Origin: Escherichia coli
GTDB lineage: Bacteria; Pseudomonadota; Gammaproteobacteria; Enterobacterales; Enterobacteriaceae
DNA: 64,000 nt
Direction: 5' to 3' (one strand)
NCBI RefSeq assembly: GCF_024502345.1
Contig: NZ_JALDNN010000001.1
Each line of letters starts with the position of its first letter. Positions within the stretch are counted from its first letter, which is position 1. Shown piece by piece: positions 1 through 11,000 of this stretch. The notes under the pieces are model-generated. The model had not been told where the DNA came from. It made no database searches and saw only the letters and a program-made list of their open reading frames with translations. The position numbers were made by a program, and so were the translations under genes.

Positions 1-989
1 GCTGGAATATATTTGCTATCAGCATCGCCTAATAGCACTTTAAGCGGGGCATCAATCGAGAATACCAGCGCAGCTACTTGTCCCAGGGTATTCGCAATGG
101 CGTAAATCACCATTAAAGTATTACCCATGTTGTAATACTCGCCCAGCTTCTGAAAGGCGTAATACTGACCGTTAGTCATTAAGTCATCCGGGATATCACG
201 CGAGTCAAACATCATGCCCATCGCCAGTGAGCCCAGAATGGCACAAACCGCAACCATCACCGCCAGGCATAGCATCCCTTTTGGAAATTCTTTTCCTGGG
301 TTGCGCGTTTGATTAACGTAAGGAGAAATCTTCTCTGCTCCGCCAACCGCGAAAACCAGCATTGAAATAGTGGTAATGTAGGTAAAGTCGATATGAGGAA
401 TGAACGTTTCCCAGGTAATGTTTGTGGTCGCAATATGCACTTCAGTAATCGCAGGCGCGGTTACCGCCATCGCCACATACAGGAGCGACATAACAAACAT
501 CGCAATCCCTGCCACAGAACCGACGATTTTCAGCGATTTCATACCGCGTGAAGCAACCCACATAAAGAAGATAAACAGCACCAGCGTTAACCCCTGTAAC
601 GCTACGACTGAATATTCTTTGATTAGCGAACCGTCGCCTTTCATCGCCCAACCGAGCGCAATCAGAATTGCCTGGGGTTTTTGTGCCAGATAGGGAATAT
701 GCACCACCCAGTAGGTCCACGCGGCGAGATAAGCCAGTCCGGGTCCCATCGTGTGTTTAATCCAGGTACTGACCCCGCCCTTCCCATCTTTGAAGGTCGA
801 GCCTAACTGACCAACAATTAGCGCATAAGGTGTGAAATAGAGTGCAAAGATAAACACCCATGAAAAAACAACCACCAGCCCCTGGTTGGCATAGTTATTA
901 ACAACGTTGCCAAAACCCCAGACAGTGATAAAAGACATCAGCGCAATGTTGTACCATCGCAACTGTTTTTCCTGAACATTCCCAGCCAT
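1..989 (-). CDS. ycaM: Putative APC-family amino acid transporter YcaM, N-terminal part (3' end lies beyond window start)
   Basis: Minus-strand frame open from ATG (complement of 987-989) to window edge; translation MAGNVQEKQLRW... is hydrophobic and transporter-like; position upstream of ycaD matches K-12 synteny. Not in ORF track because it is truncated. Confidence 0.8.
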   Translation of the reverse strand, partial: MAGNVQEKQLRWYNIALMSFITVWGFGNVVNNYANQGLVVVFSWVFIFALYFTPYALIVGQLGSTFKDGKGGVSTWIKHTMGPGLAYLAAWTYWVVHIPYLAQKPQAILIALGWAMKGDGSLIKEYSVVALQGLTLVLFIFFMWVASRGMKSLKIVGSVAGIAMFVMSLLYVAMAVTAPAITEVHIATTNITWETFIPHIDFTYITTISMLVFAVGGAEKISPYVNQTRNPGKEFPKGMLCLAVMVAVCAILGSLAMGMMFDSRDIPDDLMTNGQYYAFQKLGEYYNMGNTLMVIYAIANTLGQVAALVFSIDAPLKVLLGDADSKYIP

Positions 990-1148
990 AGACAAATCCT
1001 TCGCCAAAATTAAAGGGGCATCTGTAAAACGAGGGATTATGCGCGGCAAATAAGAAGTGCGGAAATAGCGAAATGCAAAATTATAACCTGCTGCACATTT
1101 TATTTTTAAACGAATAAAATTTGGAATAAAGCAAGTCAGATAGAAGAA

Positions 1149-1190
1149 ACAAAAAAGCAGAGTGTGAAACAGTAAGTTCACACTCTGCTT
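1149..1190 (-). terminator. Rho-independent terminator downstream of ycaD
   Basis: Inverted repeat agcagagtgtgaa...ttcacactctgct; on the minus strand it is followed by a T-run. Confidence 0.6.
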
Positions 1191-1198
1191 GAATTCAT

Positions 1199-2347
1199 TT
1201 ACACGTGAGCAACGGGTTTCGGCGTATGACCGGCGTTGCGCAGCAGCATCAGCAAATAGATAAACGATACGCTGGCGATCATGATAAACAATAAATTATC
1301 GGAGAAATTCTGCATTAGCATAGCGGTAAATGACGGGCCAAGCAGACTTCCCACAGTATAGCTCAACAGTAAGGCCTGGTTCATCGCCACCAGTTGATGA
1401 TGTTCAACTTTCTCGCAAGCCCATGCCATCGCCACCGGATATAGCGTAAAGCCAGCGGCACCGAGGATGAATAACGCTGGGGCCATCGCCGCCTGGCTAA
1501 GCATCGCGATACTGCCGAGAATGACGACAAAGACCTGAACACGCAACACCAGCAGTCGACCAAACTTATCCGCCAGACGTCCAATCGGCCATTGTCCAAG
1601 GATACCCGCACTGACCAGTACCGCCATCCAGAAACCAATGCTGGCATTGCTCACCCCTTTGTGATTGAGGTACAGCGGCATCAGGCCATATAGAGATCCC
1701 AGAACGATTCCTGAGATAATGCAGCCATTCACGCCAAGCCGCGCCTGACGGAGTTTTAGCATTGACGTAATTGACGTCGAATCATGGTTTTCAGCCTGCT
1801 GATTCAGCACACGCGTAAACAACAGCGGTAAGATCCCTGCCAACGTCAAACCTGTAACCCACGGCAATACGGACATCAGCTCGGTTGAAACTTTGCTGAC
1901 CAGTAACTGGCCTAAAAACGTTCCCACGTAATAAACCATCATATACGCAGCAAGCAAACGCCCACGGTTACGTGACGTCCCACTGCACATCAGCGCGCTC
2001 TCAACAACCACCCAAATCATGGCACAGCCGACGCCCGCGACAAAACGCCAAGCCAACCAGCTCCAGAATCCAATCATCAGGCCAAGGCCGGCACAGCCAG
2101 CGGCAAAAATGAAGGAGGCCAGATAATAGCTGCGGTTAAAGCCAATGCGCTTAATGACATACCCTGTCAGCAATGTACCGACAAGGTTGCCGGTAAAATA
2201 GGATGAGCTGACAACGCCTACCTGCCATGTGGACATGTGTTCCTGGGCGAGCCAAAGCGGCACGAGTGTATTTAACACCGCAATCGCCAGAGTCAACAAA
2301 AGCAGGCCAGACAGCAAAAGCATGACAGGCCGGGTATACGTGGACAT
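1199..2347 (-). CDS. ycaD: MFS transporter YcaD
   Basis: 382 aa ORF, multi-pass hydrophobic, [17 protein letters not shown]...; K-12 synteny. Confidence 0.92.
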   Translation of the reverse strand: MSTYTRPVMLLLSGLLLLTLAIAVLNTLVPLWLAQEHMSTWQVGVVSSSYFTGNLVGTLLTGYVIKRIGFNRSYYLASFIFAAGCAGLGLMIGFWSWLAWRFVAGVGCAMIWVVVESALMCSGTSRNRGRLLAAYMMVYYVGTFLGQLLVSKVSTELMSVLPWVTGLTLAGILPLLFTRVLNQQAENHDSTSITSMLKLRQARLGVNGCIISGIVLGSLYGLMPLYLNHKGVSNASIGFWMAVLVSAGILGQWPIGRLADKFGRLLVLRVQVFVVILGSIAMLSQAAMAPALFILGAAGFTLYPVAMAWACEKVEHHQLVAMNQALLLSYTVGSLLGPSFTAMLMQNFSDNLLFIMIASVSFIYLLMLLRNAGHTPKPVAHV

Positions 2348-2660
2348 GAATTAAAACCGTGAGGAAGTTCAAATTTCATGCGCATCATGCCACCGCCAAA
2401 AACATTGTCAATGGGTGAAAATACGCGATATCCCAGCGGCGGTATTATCGATTTATATTACTCATTCATAACGCTAATGCTGAAGAGATGATTAGTCTCA
2501 TCTGATTGTTTTTATTGAACTAACACAAATTTCATACGCTTCGTTCAGTCGAAAAATTTCATGGTCACAGCAAACTCATATTTCCCGTCTATGCTTTCAG
2601 AGCAATGCATCGCGTCTGATCGATTTCAGACGTACCACTGACTCTCGAAAGGAGAAGAGG

Positions 2661-3287
2661 ATGACCAAACCGTATGTTCGTCTTGATAAAAATGATGCTG
2701 CCGTTTTGCTTGTTGATCACCAGGCTGGTTTACTTTCCCTTGTACGGGATATCGAACCCGATAAGTTTAAAAATAACGTGCTGGCGCTGGGTGACCTGGC
2801 TAAGTATTTCAACTTACCAACTATTCTTACCACCAGTTTTGAAACCGGTCCTAACGGCCCATTAGTTCCAGAACTGAAAGCACAATTCCCCGATGCACCT
2901 TACATTGCTCGCCCGGGAAATATTAACGCCTGGGATAACGAAGATTTTGTAAAAGCAGTCAAAGCGACAGGTAAAAAACAGTTAATTATTGCCGGTGTGG
3001 TAACCGAAGTTTGCGTGGCATTCCCGGCGCTTTCAGCCATTGAAGAAGGGTTTGACGTCTTTGTCGTGACTGACGCGTCAGGGACCTTTAATGAAATTAC
3101 CCGGCATTCGGCATGGGATCGCATGTCGCAAGCTGGTGCGCAATTGATGACATGGTTCGGCGTGGCGTGCGAGCTGCATCGCGACTGGCGTAATGATATT
3201 GAAGGACTGGCGACGTTGTTCTCTAACCACATTCCTGATTATCGTAATTTGATGACCAGTTATGACACGTTAACGAAGCAGAAATAA
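2661..3287 (+). CDS. ycaC: Isochorismatase-family hydrolase YcaC
   Basis: 208 aa ORF MTKPYVRLDKNDAAVLLVDHQAG...; isochorismatase-like motifs; K-12 synteny. Confidence 0.92.
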   Translation: MTKPYVRLDKNDAAVLLVDHQAGLLSLVRDIEPDKFKNNVLALGDLAKYFNLPTILTTSFETGPNGPLVPELKAQFPDAPYIARPGNINAWDNEDFVKAVKATGKKQLIIAGVVTEVCVAFPALSAIEEGFDVFVVTDASGTFNEITRHSAWDRMSQAGAQLMTWFGVACELHRDWRNDIEGLATLFSNHIPDYRNLMTSYDTLTKQK

Positions 3288-3291
3288 AAGA

Positions 3292-3317
3292 GAACCGGGG
3301 CCGAAACCCCGGTTGTT
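3292..3317. terminator. Bidirectional hairpin terminator between convergent ycaC and dmsC
   Basis: aaccgggg-ccgaaa-ccccggtt perfect stem with flanking A/T on both sides. Confidence 0.6.
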
Positions 3318-3321
3318 ATGA

Positions 3322-4185
3322 TTAGCTTGCGACGGCCATCCCCACGGTCATATGCAAACCATAGAATACGCCGCGACCGATTAATTCCCCTGCCAGAAGC
3401 AGAATGAATGATACAGAAAGTAGCGGAACCGCAGGCTGATAACCTTTTAGCTGTGGTGCAATCCACAAGCACAGGGCAACGGCCAAAAGCACGATCCGCC
3501 AGGACATCAGCGCACCATAGTCCGGCACCAGCGCTGCGGCCTGCTGCACAGAACTATGAATAGTCGCCAGCTCTGCGCCCTGCATCACTGACACCACGCC
3601 ACTCACTACCAGTGCCAGTACAGAAATTGCTGGCAGCAGACGCATCGCCCAGCCATCGACGCCAGCCAGACTCAACAACAGGTAACCCAGTAACGGGCCG
3701 CCCATAAACATCGTCAGGAAGAAGCCCATCGGCGTCCAGATGCTGTACCAGGTCGGAACGGTATCAATGCTGTTATACACACGCACCATCATCCAGACAA
3801 AGACGACGCCAAGAACCATCGTCACCACCAGCCACAGCGTACGCAATGCCGGTGACAGCTTTTTCAGCATTGCCAGCAACCAGCCGATGCCGCCTACGGC
3901 AAAAAAGATCGAACCGCTGGCGATTTCGTTACTGAGTGCTGAAGCCCCTACCCGGTTGAGCGAGTTAAAAGCGCGCATTGGTGAACCAAGATGGAGCATA
4001 GAGGCGATAAAGCCAATGCCCATCAGCACCCATAAACCAAACATGCAGGCGATAACACGCTGCTGGGCTTCTGCTCGCAGGTCGCCTTTGAGCAGCGCCA
4101 AAGCCAGAACGATAAAACCACCTGCTACACATTGCCCGAAGACCGTGAAGATCATCAGCGGCCATTCATGCCATCCACTTCCCAT
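3322..4185 (-). CDS. dmsC: DMSO reductase membrane anchor subunit DmsC
   Basis: ORF-track ORF 3322..4248 trimmed to internal Met (MGSGWHEWPLMIF...) giving 287 aa; start abuts dmsB stop; hydrophobic. Confidence 0.9.
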   Translation of the reverse strand: MGSGWHEWPLMIFTVFGQCVAGGFIVLALALLKGDLRAEAQQRVIACMFGLWVLMGIGFIASMLHLGSPMRAFNSLNRVGASALSNEIASGSIFFAVGGIGWLLAMLKKLSPALRTLWLVVTMVLGVVFVWMMVRVYNSIDTVPTWYSIWTPMGFFLTMFMGGPLLGYLLLSLAGVDGWAMRLLPAISVLALVVSGVVSVMQGAELATIHSSVQQAAALVPDYGALMSWRIVLLAVALCLWIAPQLKGYQPAVPLLSVSFILLLAGELIGRGVFYGLHMTVGMAVAS

Positions 4186-4186
4186 C

Positions 4187-4804
4187 TCACACCTCCTTCG
4201 GGTTTGCCAGATAGCCAGTGGTATCCCCGGTCGGGCGGCTATTGGCATTGGGTTTGATCACAATATTCGGTTTGGTAAAGTGAGCTCGCGGCAACGGCGC
4301 AACGGCCGCCAGATCGCCATGTTTTTTACGCAGCTCGTCGATAGGGCCGAAATCCAGTGCCCGCAGCGGACAAGATTCAACACAGATCGGCTTTTTACCC
4401 TCCGCAACACGGTCATAACAACCATCGCATTTGGTCATATGGCCTTTCGTTTCGTTATATTGCGGTGCGCCATACGGGCAAGCCATATGGCAGTAGCGGC
4501 AGCCAATGCACACATCTTCATCGACCACAACAAAACCATCTTCACGTTTATGCATCGCACCGCTCGGGCAGACTTTAGTACAAGCCGGATCTTCGCAGTG
4601 GTTACATGAAATCGACAGATAGTAGGCAAACACATTCTGGTGCCAGACACCGTTATCTTCCTGCCAGTCGCCGCCAGCATATTCATAAATGCGGCGGAAG
4701 CTGACTTCTGGCGTCAAATCTTTGTAGTCTTTACAGGCCAGCTCGCAGGTTTTGCAACCGGTGCAACGGCTGGAATCAATAAAAAATCCATACTGGGTTG
4801 TCAT
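4187..4804 (-). CDS. dmsB: DMSO reductase iron-sulfur subunit DmsB
   Basis: 205 aa; four ferredoxin-type Cys clusters (CTGCKTCELAC, CNHCEDPAC, CIGCRYCHMACP, CDGCYDR). Confidence 0.95.
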   Translation of the reverse strand: MTTQYGFFIDSSRCTGCKTCELACKDYKDLTPEVSFRRIYEYAGGDWQEDNGVWHQNVFAYYLSISCNHCEDPACTKVCPSGAMHKREDGFVVVDEDVCIGCRYCHMACPYGAPQYNETKGHMTKCDGCYDRVAEGKKPICVESCPLRALDFGPIDELRKKHGDLAAVAPLPRAHFTKPNIVIKPNANSRPTGDTTGYLANPKEV

Positions 4805-4814
4805 CGGTTACTCC

Positions 4815-7259
4815 TTACACCTTTTCAACCTGAACAAGGTTTGTATGTGACGGATTCCCCTTAGCGAGAGGAGACGGACGTTGAGTGGTCAGTACGTTGA
4901 TACAACCGCCCTTATCGACACGTTTTGTATCCGGGTCATACCAGGCACCTTCACCCAGTGCGACCACACCCGGCATCATTCGTGGCGTCACTTTCGCCTC
5001 AATATGAACCTCACCACGATCGTTAAAGATCCTGACTTTATCGCCGTTGTTGATACCGCGTTTTTGCGCATCAAGCGGGTTGATCCACATTTCCTGACGG
5101 CAAGCTGCTTTCAGCACATCAACGTTGCCGTAAGTTGAGTGAACGCGAGATTTATAGTGGAAACCCGTAAGCTGCAGCGGATACTGTTTGTTCAGCGGAT
5201 CCTGATAACTTTCAAAGCCCGGCGTGTAGATCGGCAGTGGATCGATCACATCGCCTTCTGGCAATTCCCAGGTAGCGGCAATGTCAGCCAGCGCCTGCGA
5301 ATAAATCTCAATTTTACCCGATGGCGTGGTCAGTGGATTTGCCTGAGGATCTTCACGGAAAGCTTTATAAGCAACGTGGTGCCCTTGTGGGTCGCGCTTT
5401 TTAAAGATCCCCTGCTTGCGGAACTCTTCAAACGTTGGCAGTTCAGGAATCGCTTCCCGCGACTGGGCATACAGATGCCGCATCCACTCTTCCTGTGTAC
5501 GGCCTTCAGTAAACTGTTGCTCAACGCCAAGACGTTTTGCCAGTTCGCTGGTCATTTCATAGATGGTCTTACATTCAAAGCGCGGTTTAATCACCTGATC
5601 GTTGAAAATCACGTAAGACATATTCCCGCAGGATGCATCCAGTGCAAAGTCCATCTGTTCGGAAGCGGTGCAGTCAGGCAGCAGGATGTCAGCATATTTC
5701 GCCGATGAGGTCATGTGGCAGTCGATAACCACAATCAGCTCGCACTTCTTATCATCCTGAAGGATTTCATGGGTACGGTTGATTTCAGAATGCTGGTTAA
5801 TCAGGCAGTTACCGGCATAGTTCCAGATCATTTTGATCGGCACATCCAGCTTATCTTTCCCGCGTACACCATCACGCAGCGCCGTCATTTCCGGGCCACG
5901 TTCAATGGCATCGGTCCACATAAACATCGAAATGCTGGTCTGGATCGGGTTTTCCAAGGTCGGCATACGGACAAACGGTAAGCTGTATGAACCTTCACGC
6001 GCGCCGCTGTTGCCTCCGTTAATACCAACGTTACCGGTCAGAATCGCCAGCATCGAGATAGCACGGGTTGCGATTTCACCGTTAGCGTGACGCTGCGGGC
6101 CCCATCCCTGGCTGATAAACGCCGGTTTGGTACTGCCGATTTCACGAGCCAGTTTGATGATTTTGTCTGCCGGAACACCGGTGATTTGTGAGGCCCATTC
6201 CGGTGTTTTAGCCACGCCATCTGGCCCTTCACCCAGAATATAAGCTTTATAGTGGCCATTTTTCGGCGCACTGGCTGGCAGGGTTTTCTCATCGTAGCCA
6301 ACGCAATATTTATCGAGGAATGCCTGATCCACCAGGTTTTCAGTGATCATGACGTACGCCAGACCGTTAACCAGTGCGGCATCTGTTCCCGGACGAATAG
6401 GGATCCACTCATCTTCGCGCCCGGCACCGGTGTCGGTATAGCGCGGATCGATGATGATCATGCGGGCATTAGATTTCTGGCGTGCCTGTTCAAGATAGTA
6501 AGTCACCCCACCGCCACTCATTCGCGTTTCGCCAGGGTTATTACCAAACAGCACTACCAGCTTACTGTTTTCGATATCCGACGGGCTGTTGCCATCTGCC
6601 CAGCCGCCGTAGGTATAGTTCAAACCTTCCGCAATTTGCGCGGAGGAGTAGTCGCCGTAATGGTTCAGATAGCCGCCGCAGCAGTTCATCAGCCGCGCGA
6701 CCAGGGTATTTCCCGGCGGCCAGGAGCGGGTCATGGTGCCGCCCAGCGTACCGGTGCCATAGTTCAGATAGATAGACTCGTTGCCGTACTCTTTGATCAG
6801 GCGCTGCATATTGGTCGCGATGATGTCGTAGGCTTCTTCCCAGCTAATGCGCTCGAATTTGCCTTCACCACGCGCCCCGACTCGTTTCATCGGATATTTC
6901 AGGCGGTCCGGATTGTAGACACGGCGACGCATGGAACGCCCACGCAGGCAGGCGCGAACCTGGTGCAGGCCGTCGTAATTGTCATCGCCGGTATTGTCCG
7001 TTTCGACATATTTGATTTCACCGTCCACGACGTGCATACGTAGCGGGCAGCGACTACCACAGTTAACTGTACAGGCGCTCCAGATAACCTTTTCGTCTGA
7101 TTTTGTTGGAATGGCGCTATCGACAGCGTGCGCAATCCGACTAAAAGGTAATGTTAATGCGCTGCTGGCCATTGCCAGGCCGCCGATCGCTGTCGTTTTT
7201 ACCAAACCACGGCGACTCACCTCAGCAGCCAATACCGCATCAGGGATTTTCGTTTTCAT
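4815..7259 (-). CDS. dmsA: DMSO reductase catalytic molybdopterin subunit DmsA
   Basis: 814 aa; N-terminal twin-arginine signal (SRRGLVK); molybdopterin oxidoreductase-like sequence; operon order dmsABC. Confidence 0.95.
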   Translation of the reverse strand: MKTKIPDAVLAAEVSRRGLVKTTAIGGLAMASSALTLPFSRIAHAVDSAIPTKSDEKVIWSACTVNCGSRCPLRMHVVDGEIKYVETDNTGDDNYDGLHQVRACLRGRSMRRRVYNPDRLKYPMKRVGARGEGKFERISWEEAYDIIATNMQRLIKEYGNESIYLNYGTGTLGGTMTRSWPPGNTLVARLMNCCGGYLNHYGDYSSAQIAEGLNYTYGGWADGNSPSDIENSKLVVLFGNNPGETRMSGGGVTYYLEQARQKSNARMIIIDPRYTDTGAGREDEWIPIRPGTDAALVNGLAYVMITENLVDQAFLDKYCVGYDEKTLPASAPKNGHYKAYILGEGPDGVAKTPEWASQITGVPADKIIKLAREIGSTKPAFISQGWGPQRHANGEIATRAISMLAILTGNVGINGGNSGAREGSYSLPFVRMPTLENPIQTSISMFMWTDAIERGPEMTALRDGVRGKDKLDVPIKMIWNYAGNCLINQHSEINRTHEILQDDKKCELIVVIDCHMTSSAKYADILLPDCTASEQMDFALDASCGNMSYVIFNDQVIKPRFECKTIYEMTSELAKRLGVEQQFTEGRTQEEWMRHLYAQSREAIPELPTFEEFRKQGIFKKRDPQGHHVAYKAFREDPQANPLTTPSGKIEIYSQALADIAATWELPEGDVIDPLPIYTPGFESYQDPLNKQYPLQLTGFHYKSRVHSTYGNVDVLKAACRQEMWINPLDAQKRGINNGDKVRIFNDRGEVHIEAKVTPRMMPGVVALGEGAWYDPDTKRVDKGGCINVLTTQRPSPLAKGNPSHTNLVQVEKV

Positions 7260-7452
7260 AATGGCTCACTCAAGCTTGCTCACGATTGATTCCAGTAACA
7301 AACCGTATTGTGTAATTATTTCTATAGCAGCTCGCTATATAGGCTTGTATACATCGAATAATTTGAAAATCAAAGAGATAGGTAGATTTTCACTCGAAAG
7401 TAGTATTACGTGTAAGTGAGGAGTAATTATTGTTCGGTATCAAAGGGAGACA

Positions 7453-7478
7453 AAAAAAGCGCCCGTAGGCGCTTTTTA
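7453..7478 (-). terminator. Rho-independent terminator downstream of serS
   Basis: aagcgcc-cgta-ggcgctt hairpin flanked by A-run/T-run, 20 bp past serS stop. Confidence 0.7.
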
Positions 7479-7497
7479 GATTCAGAAAAATTGGGTA

Positions 7498-8811
<1,314 letters not shown>

Positions 8812-8880
8812 TTAAATGGGAGATGTGGCCACAGCCTGCGACCACAGGGATACAGTAACAACATTACCGCAACGATAACA

Positions 8881-10224
8881 TTAACGGTAGCGTTTTATGG
8901 GGCTATTTTGATCCTGTTCAGCCAGCCAGGCGAGCTTTTCGCCAATCTTGCCTTCAAGGCCCCTGTTTGTCGGGAAATAATAGCGTGTTTGTGCTATTTC
9001 CGGCGGGAAGTAAACCTCACCGGCAGCATAAGCGTTTGCTTCATCATGAGCGTAACGATATTCCTGCCCGTAGCCCATTTCCTTCATTAATTTCGTCGGC
9101 GCATTACGCAAATGAACCGGCACGTCATAATCCGGACGTTCGCGAGCATCCGCCAGCGCAGCTTTAAACGCAGTGTAGACAGCGTTGCTTTTTGGCGCGC
9201 AGGCCAGGTAAACAATCGCCTGAGCAATGGCGCGTTCACCTTCCGCCGGGCCAACGCGAGTAAAGCAATCCCAGGCCGCAATTGCCACCTGCATCGCCCG
9301 TGGGTCGGCATTGCCGACATCTTCGGAAGCAATTGCCAGGCAACGACGCGCGACATATAACGGATCGCCACCGGCGGTAATAATTCGCGCATACCAGTAG
9401 AGCGCCGCATCGGGTGCGCTACCACGTACCGACTTATGCAGTGCGGAAATGAGATCGTAAAAGCGATCGCCTTTGTTATCAAAGCGGGCGCTTCGCTCAC
9501 CGGCGATTTCGGTCAATAATTCAGGCTTCAGGACCCGCTTACCGCTATCATTGACTTCGGCCATATCCGCCATCATTTCCAGCGTATTTAACGCCCGGCG
9601 CGCGTCGCCATTCACCAGTTCAGCAATGGCGCGTCGTGTTTCATCTGGCAGAACAATATCCTGACCACCATAGCCACGGGTTTTGTCTTCCATCGCCTGA
9701 GTTAGTACTTGCTCAATATCCTCTGTACTCAGGGATTTCAACAGATAGACACGGGCACGGGAAAGCAGTGCCGAATTAAGCTCAAACGACGGGTTTTCAG
9801 TGGTTGCGCCAATAAAAGTGATGGTGCCGTCTTCAATATGTGGCAGAAATGCATCCTGCTGGCTTTTGTTGAAACGGTGAACTTCGTCAACAAAAAGAAT
9901 AGTGCGGCGACCTGCATTGCGGTTTTGCCGGGCGCGCTCGATCGCCTCGCGAATCTCTTTCACGCCAGAGGTGACGGCAGAAATACGTTCCACATCAGCG
10001 TTCGCATAGCGGGCAATCACTTCAGCGAGAGTTGTTTTGCCGGTACCCGGTGGCCCCCAGAGGATCATAGAATGCAGATGCCCGGCTTCGATAGCGCGCG
10101 GCAACGGCTTCCCCGCAGCCAGCAAATGTTGCTGGCCGATATACTGTGCTAAATTTTCTGGCCGCATACGCGCGGCCAGAGGTTGAAAAGTATTATCCGA
10201 AAAATCGAGCGACAGATTGCTCAC
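8881..10224 (-). CDS. rarA: Replication-associated recombination protein A (AAA+ ATPase)
   Basis: 447 aa; Walker [12 protein letters not shown]; MgsA/RarA-like. Confidence 0.95.
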   Translation of the reverse strand: MSNLSLDFSDNTFQPLAARMRPENLAQYIGQQHLLAAGKPLPRAIEAGHLHSMILWGPPGTGKTTLAEVIARYANADVERISAVTSGVKEIREAIERARQNRNAGRRTILFVDEVHRFNKSQQDAFLPHIEDGTITFIGATTENPSFELNSALLSRARVYLLKSLSTEDIEQVLTQAMEDKTRGYGGQDIVLPDETRRAIAELVNGDARRALNTLEMMADMAEVNDSGKRVLKPELLTEIAGERSARFDNKGDRFYDLISALHKSVRGSAPDAALYWYARIITAGGDPLYVARRCLAIASEDVGNADPRAMQVAIAAWDCFTRVGPAEGERAIAQAIVYLACAPKSNAVYTAFKAALADARERPDYDVPVHLRNAPTKLMKEMGYGQEYRYAHDEANAYAAGEVYFPPEIAQTRYYFPTNRGLEGKIGEKLAWLAEQDQNSPIKRYR

Positions 10225-10234
10225 TCAGGTGCCT

Positions 10235-10846
10235 CTACTTACGTTGATCATCTACCGTGACGCCTTGCGGCGGGGTGAAGGTAAATTTCGCTGCATCCAC
10301 AGCCCCATTTTGCTGGGATTTCAGTTGATAACTGCTGCGCTGATCGTCCTGCTCCACCGCGCTAAACTGATGGATTGTGCCATCACGTCCCACGTTAATG
10401 GTGAACTGCTTCAGATTGCCATTGCTGGCTTTCGGCGTCAGGACAAAGTCATCGCCATTCTGTTTGATATTGTACTGCTGCCAGTCGCTGGACTGGTTGC
10501 GGGCAATCAGCATAAACGGCGTATTACCGGTGGCATCTTTCAGCCAGGTTGCCGTAGCTTGCTCAACGAACGGGTTATAGAACCACAGTGTTTTACCGTC
10601 AGAAACCAGAATGCTTTCATCAGGTTGTGTCATATGCCAGTTGAATAAGTTTGGACGTTTCACCCACAGATCGCCCTGACCTTCCTGCACCGCCGCGCCG
10701 CTACCGTCAGTCACTTTTTGTGTGAAGCTGGCGTGGAAGCTGCTGACTTTATCCAGGCGGCTTTTCAGATCGCTTGCGGCATCAGCCCAAACGCTGCTTG
10801 CTACTAAGCTTGAGAGTAATGCACAGGTGATGGCAATTTTTTTCAT
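10235..10846 (-). CDS. lolA: Outer-membrane lipoprotein carrier protein LolA
   Basis: ORF 10235..10849 [22 protein letters not shown]... (signal peptide); start taken at second Met to give 203 aa. Confidence 0.93.
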
Positions 10847-10958
10847 CATTATTCCTCAAATTACGTCACTCCCGATCGGGAGTTCCCTCTACTCTCTATT
10901 CCAGGCTAATAATCAGCTTGAGGAAAGAAGAAAATACTGAATTTTCAGTTGATAGAGT

Positions 10959-10990
10959 GCCGGATGCGACGCTACCGCGCCTTATCCGGC
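10959..10990. repeat. REP (repetitive extragenic palindrome) unit
   Basis: gccggatgcgacgctaccgcgccttatccggc matches the E. coli REP consensus; lies between ftsK stop and lolA start. Confidence 0.8.
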
Positions 10991-11000
10991 AATGCATTAA

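Noticed and set aside
400-720. 97-aa (+) and 92-aa (-) ORFs at 400..693 and 442..720
   Set aside because: Both lie inside the ycaM minus-strand coding region; the plus-strand one is antisense and the minus-strand one is out of frame with ycaM; no support.
5139-7043. Several plus-strand ORFs (189, 263, 97 aa) inside dmsA
   Set aside because: Antisense to the dmsA molybdoenzyme CDS; no independent support.
7260-7420. FNR site upstream of dmsA
   Set aside because: dmsABC is anaerobically induced via FNR, but the palindrome seen (tttga-aaa-tcaaa) has the wrong spacing for TTGAT-N4-ATCAA; position cannot be assigned confidently without a matrix scan.
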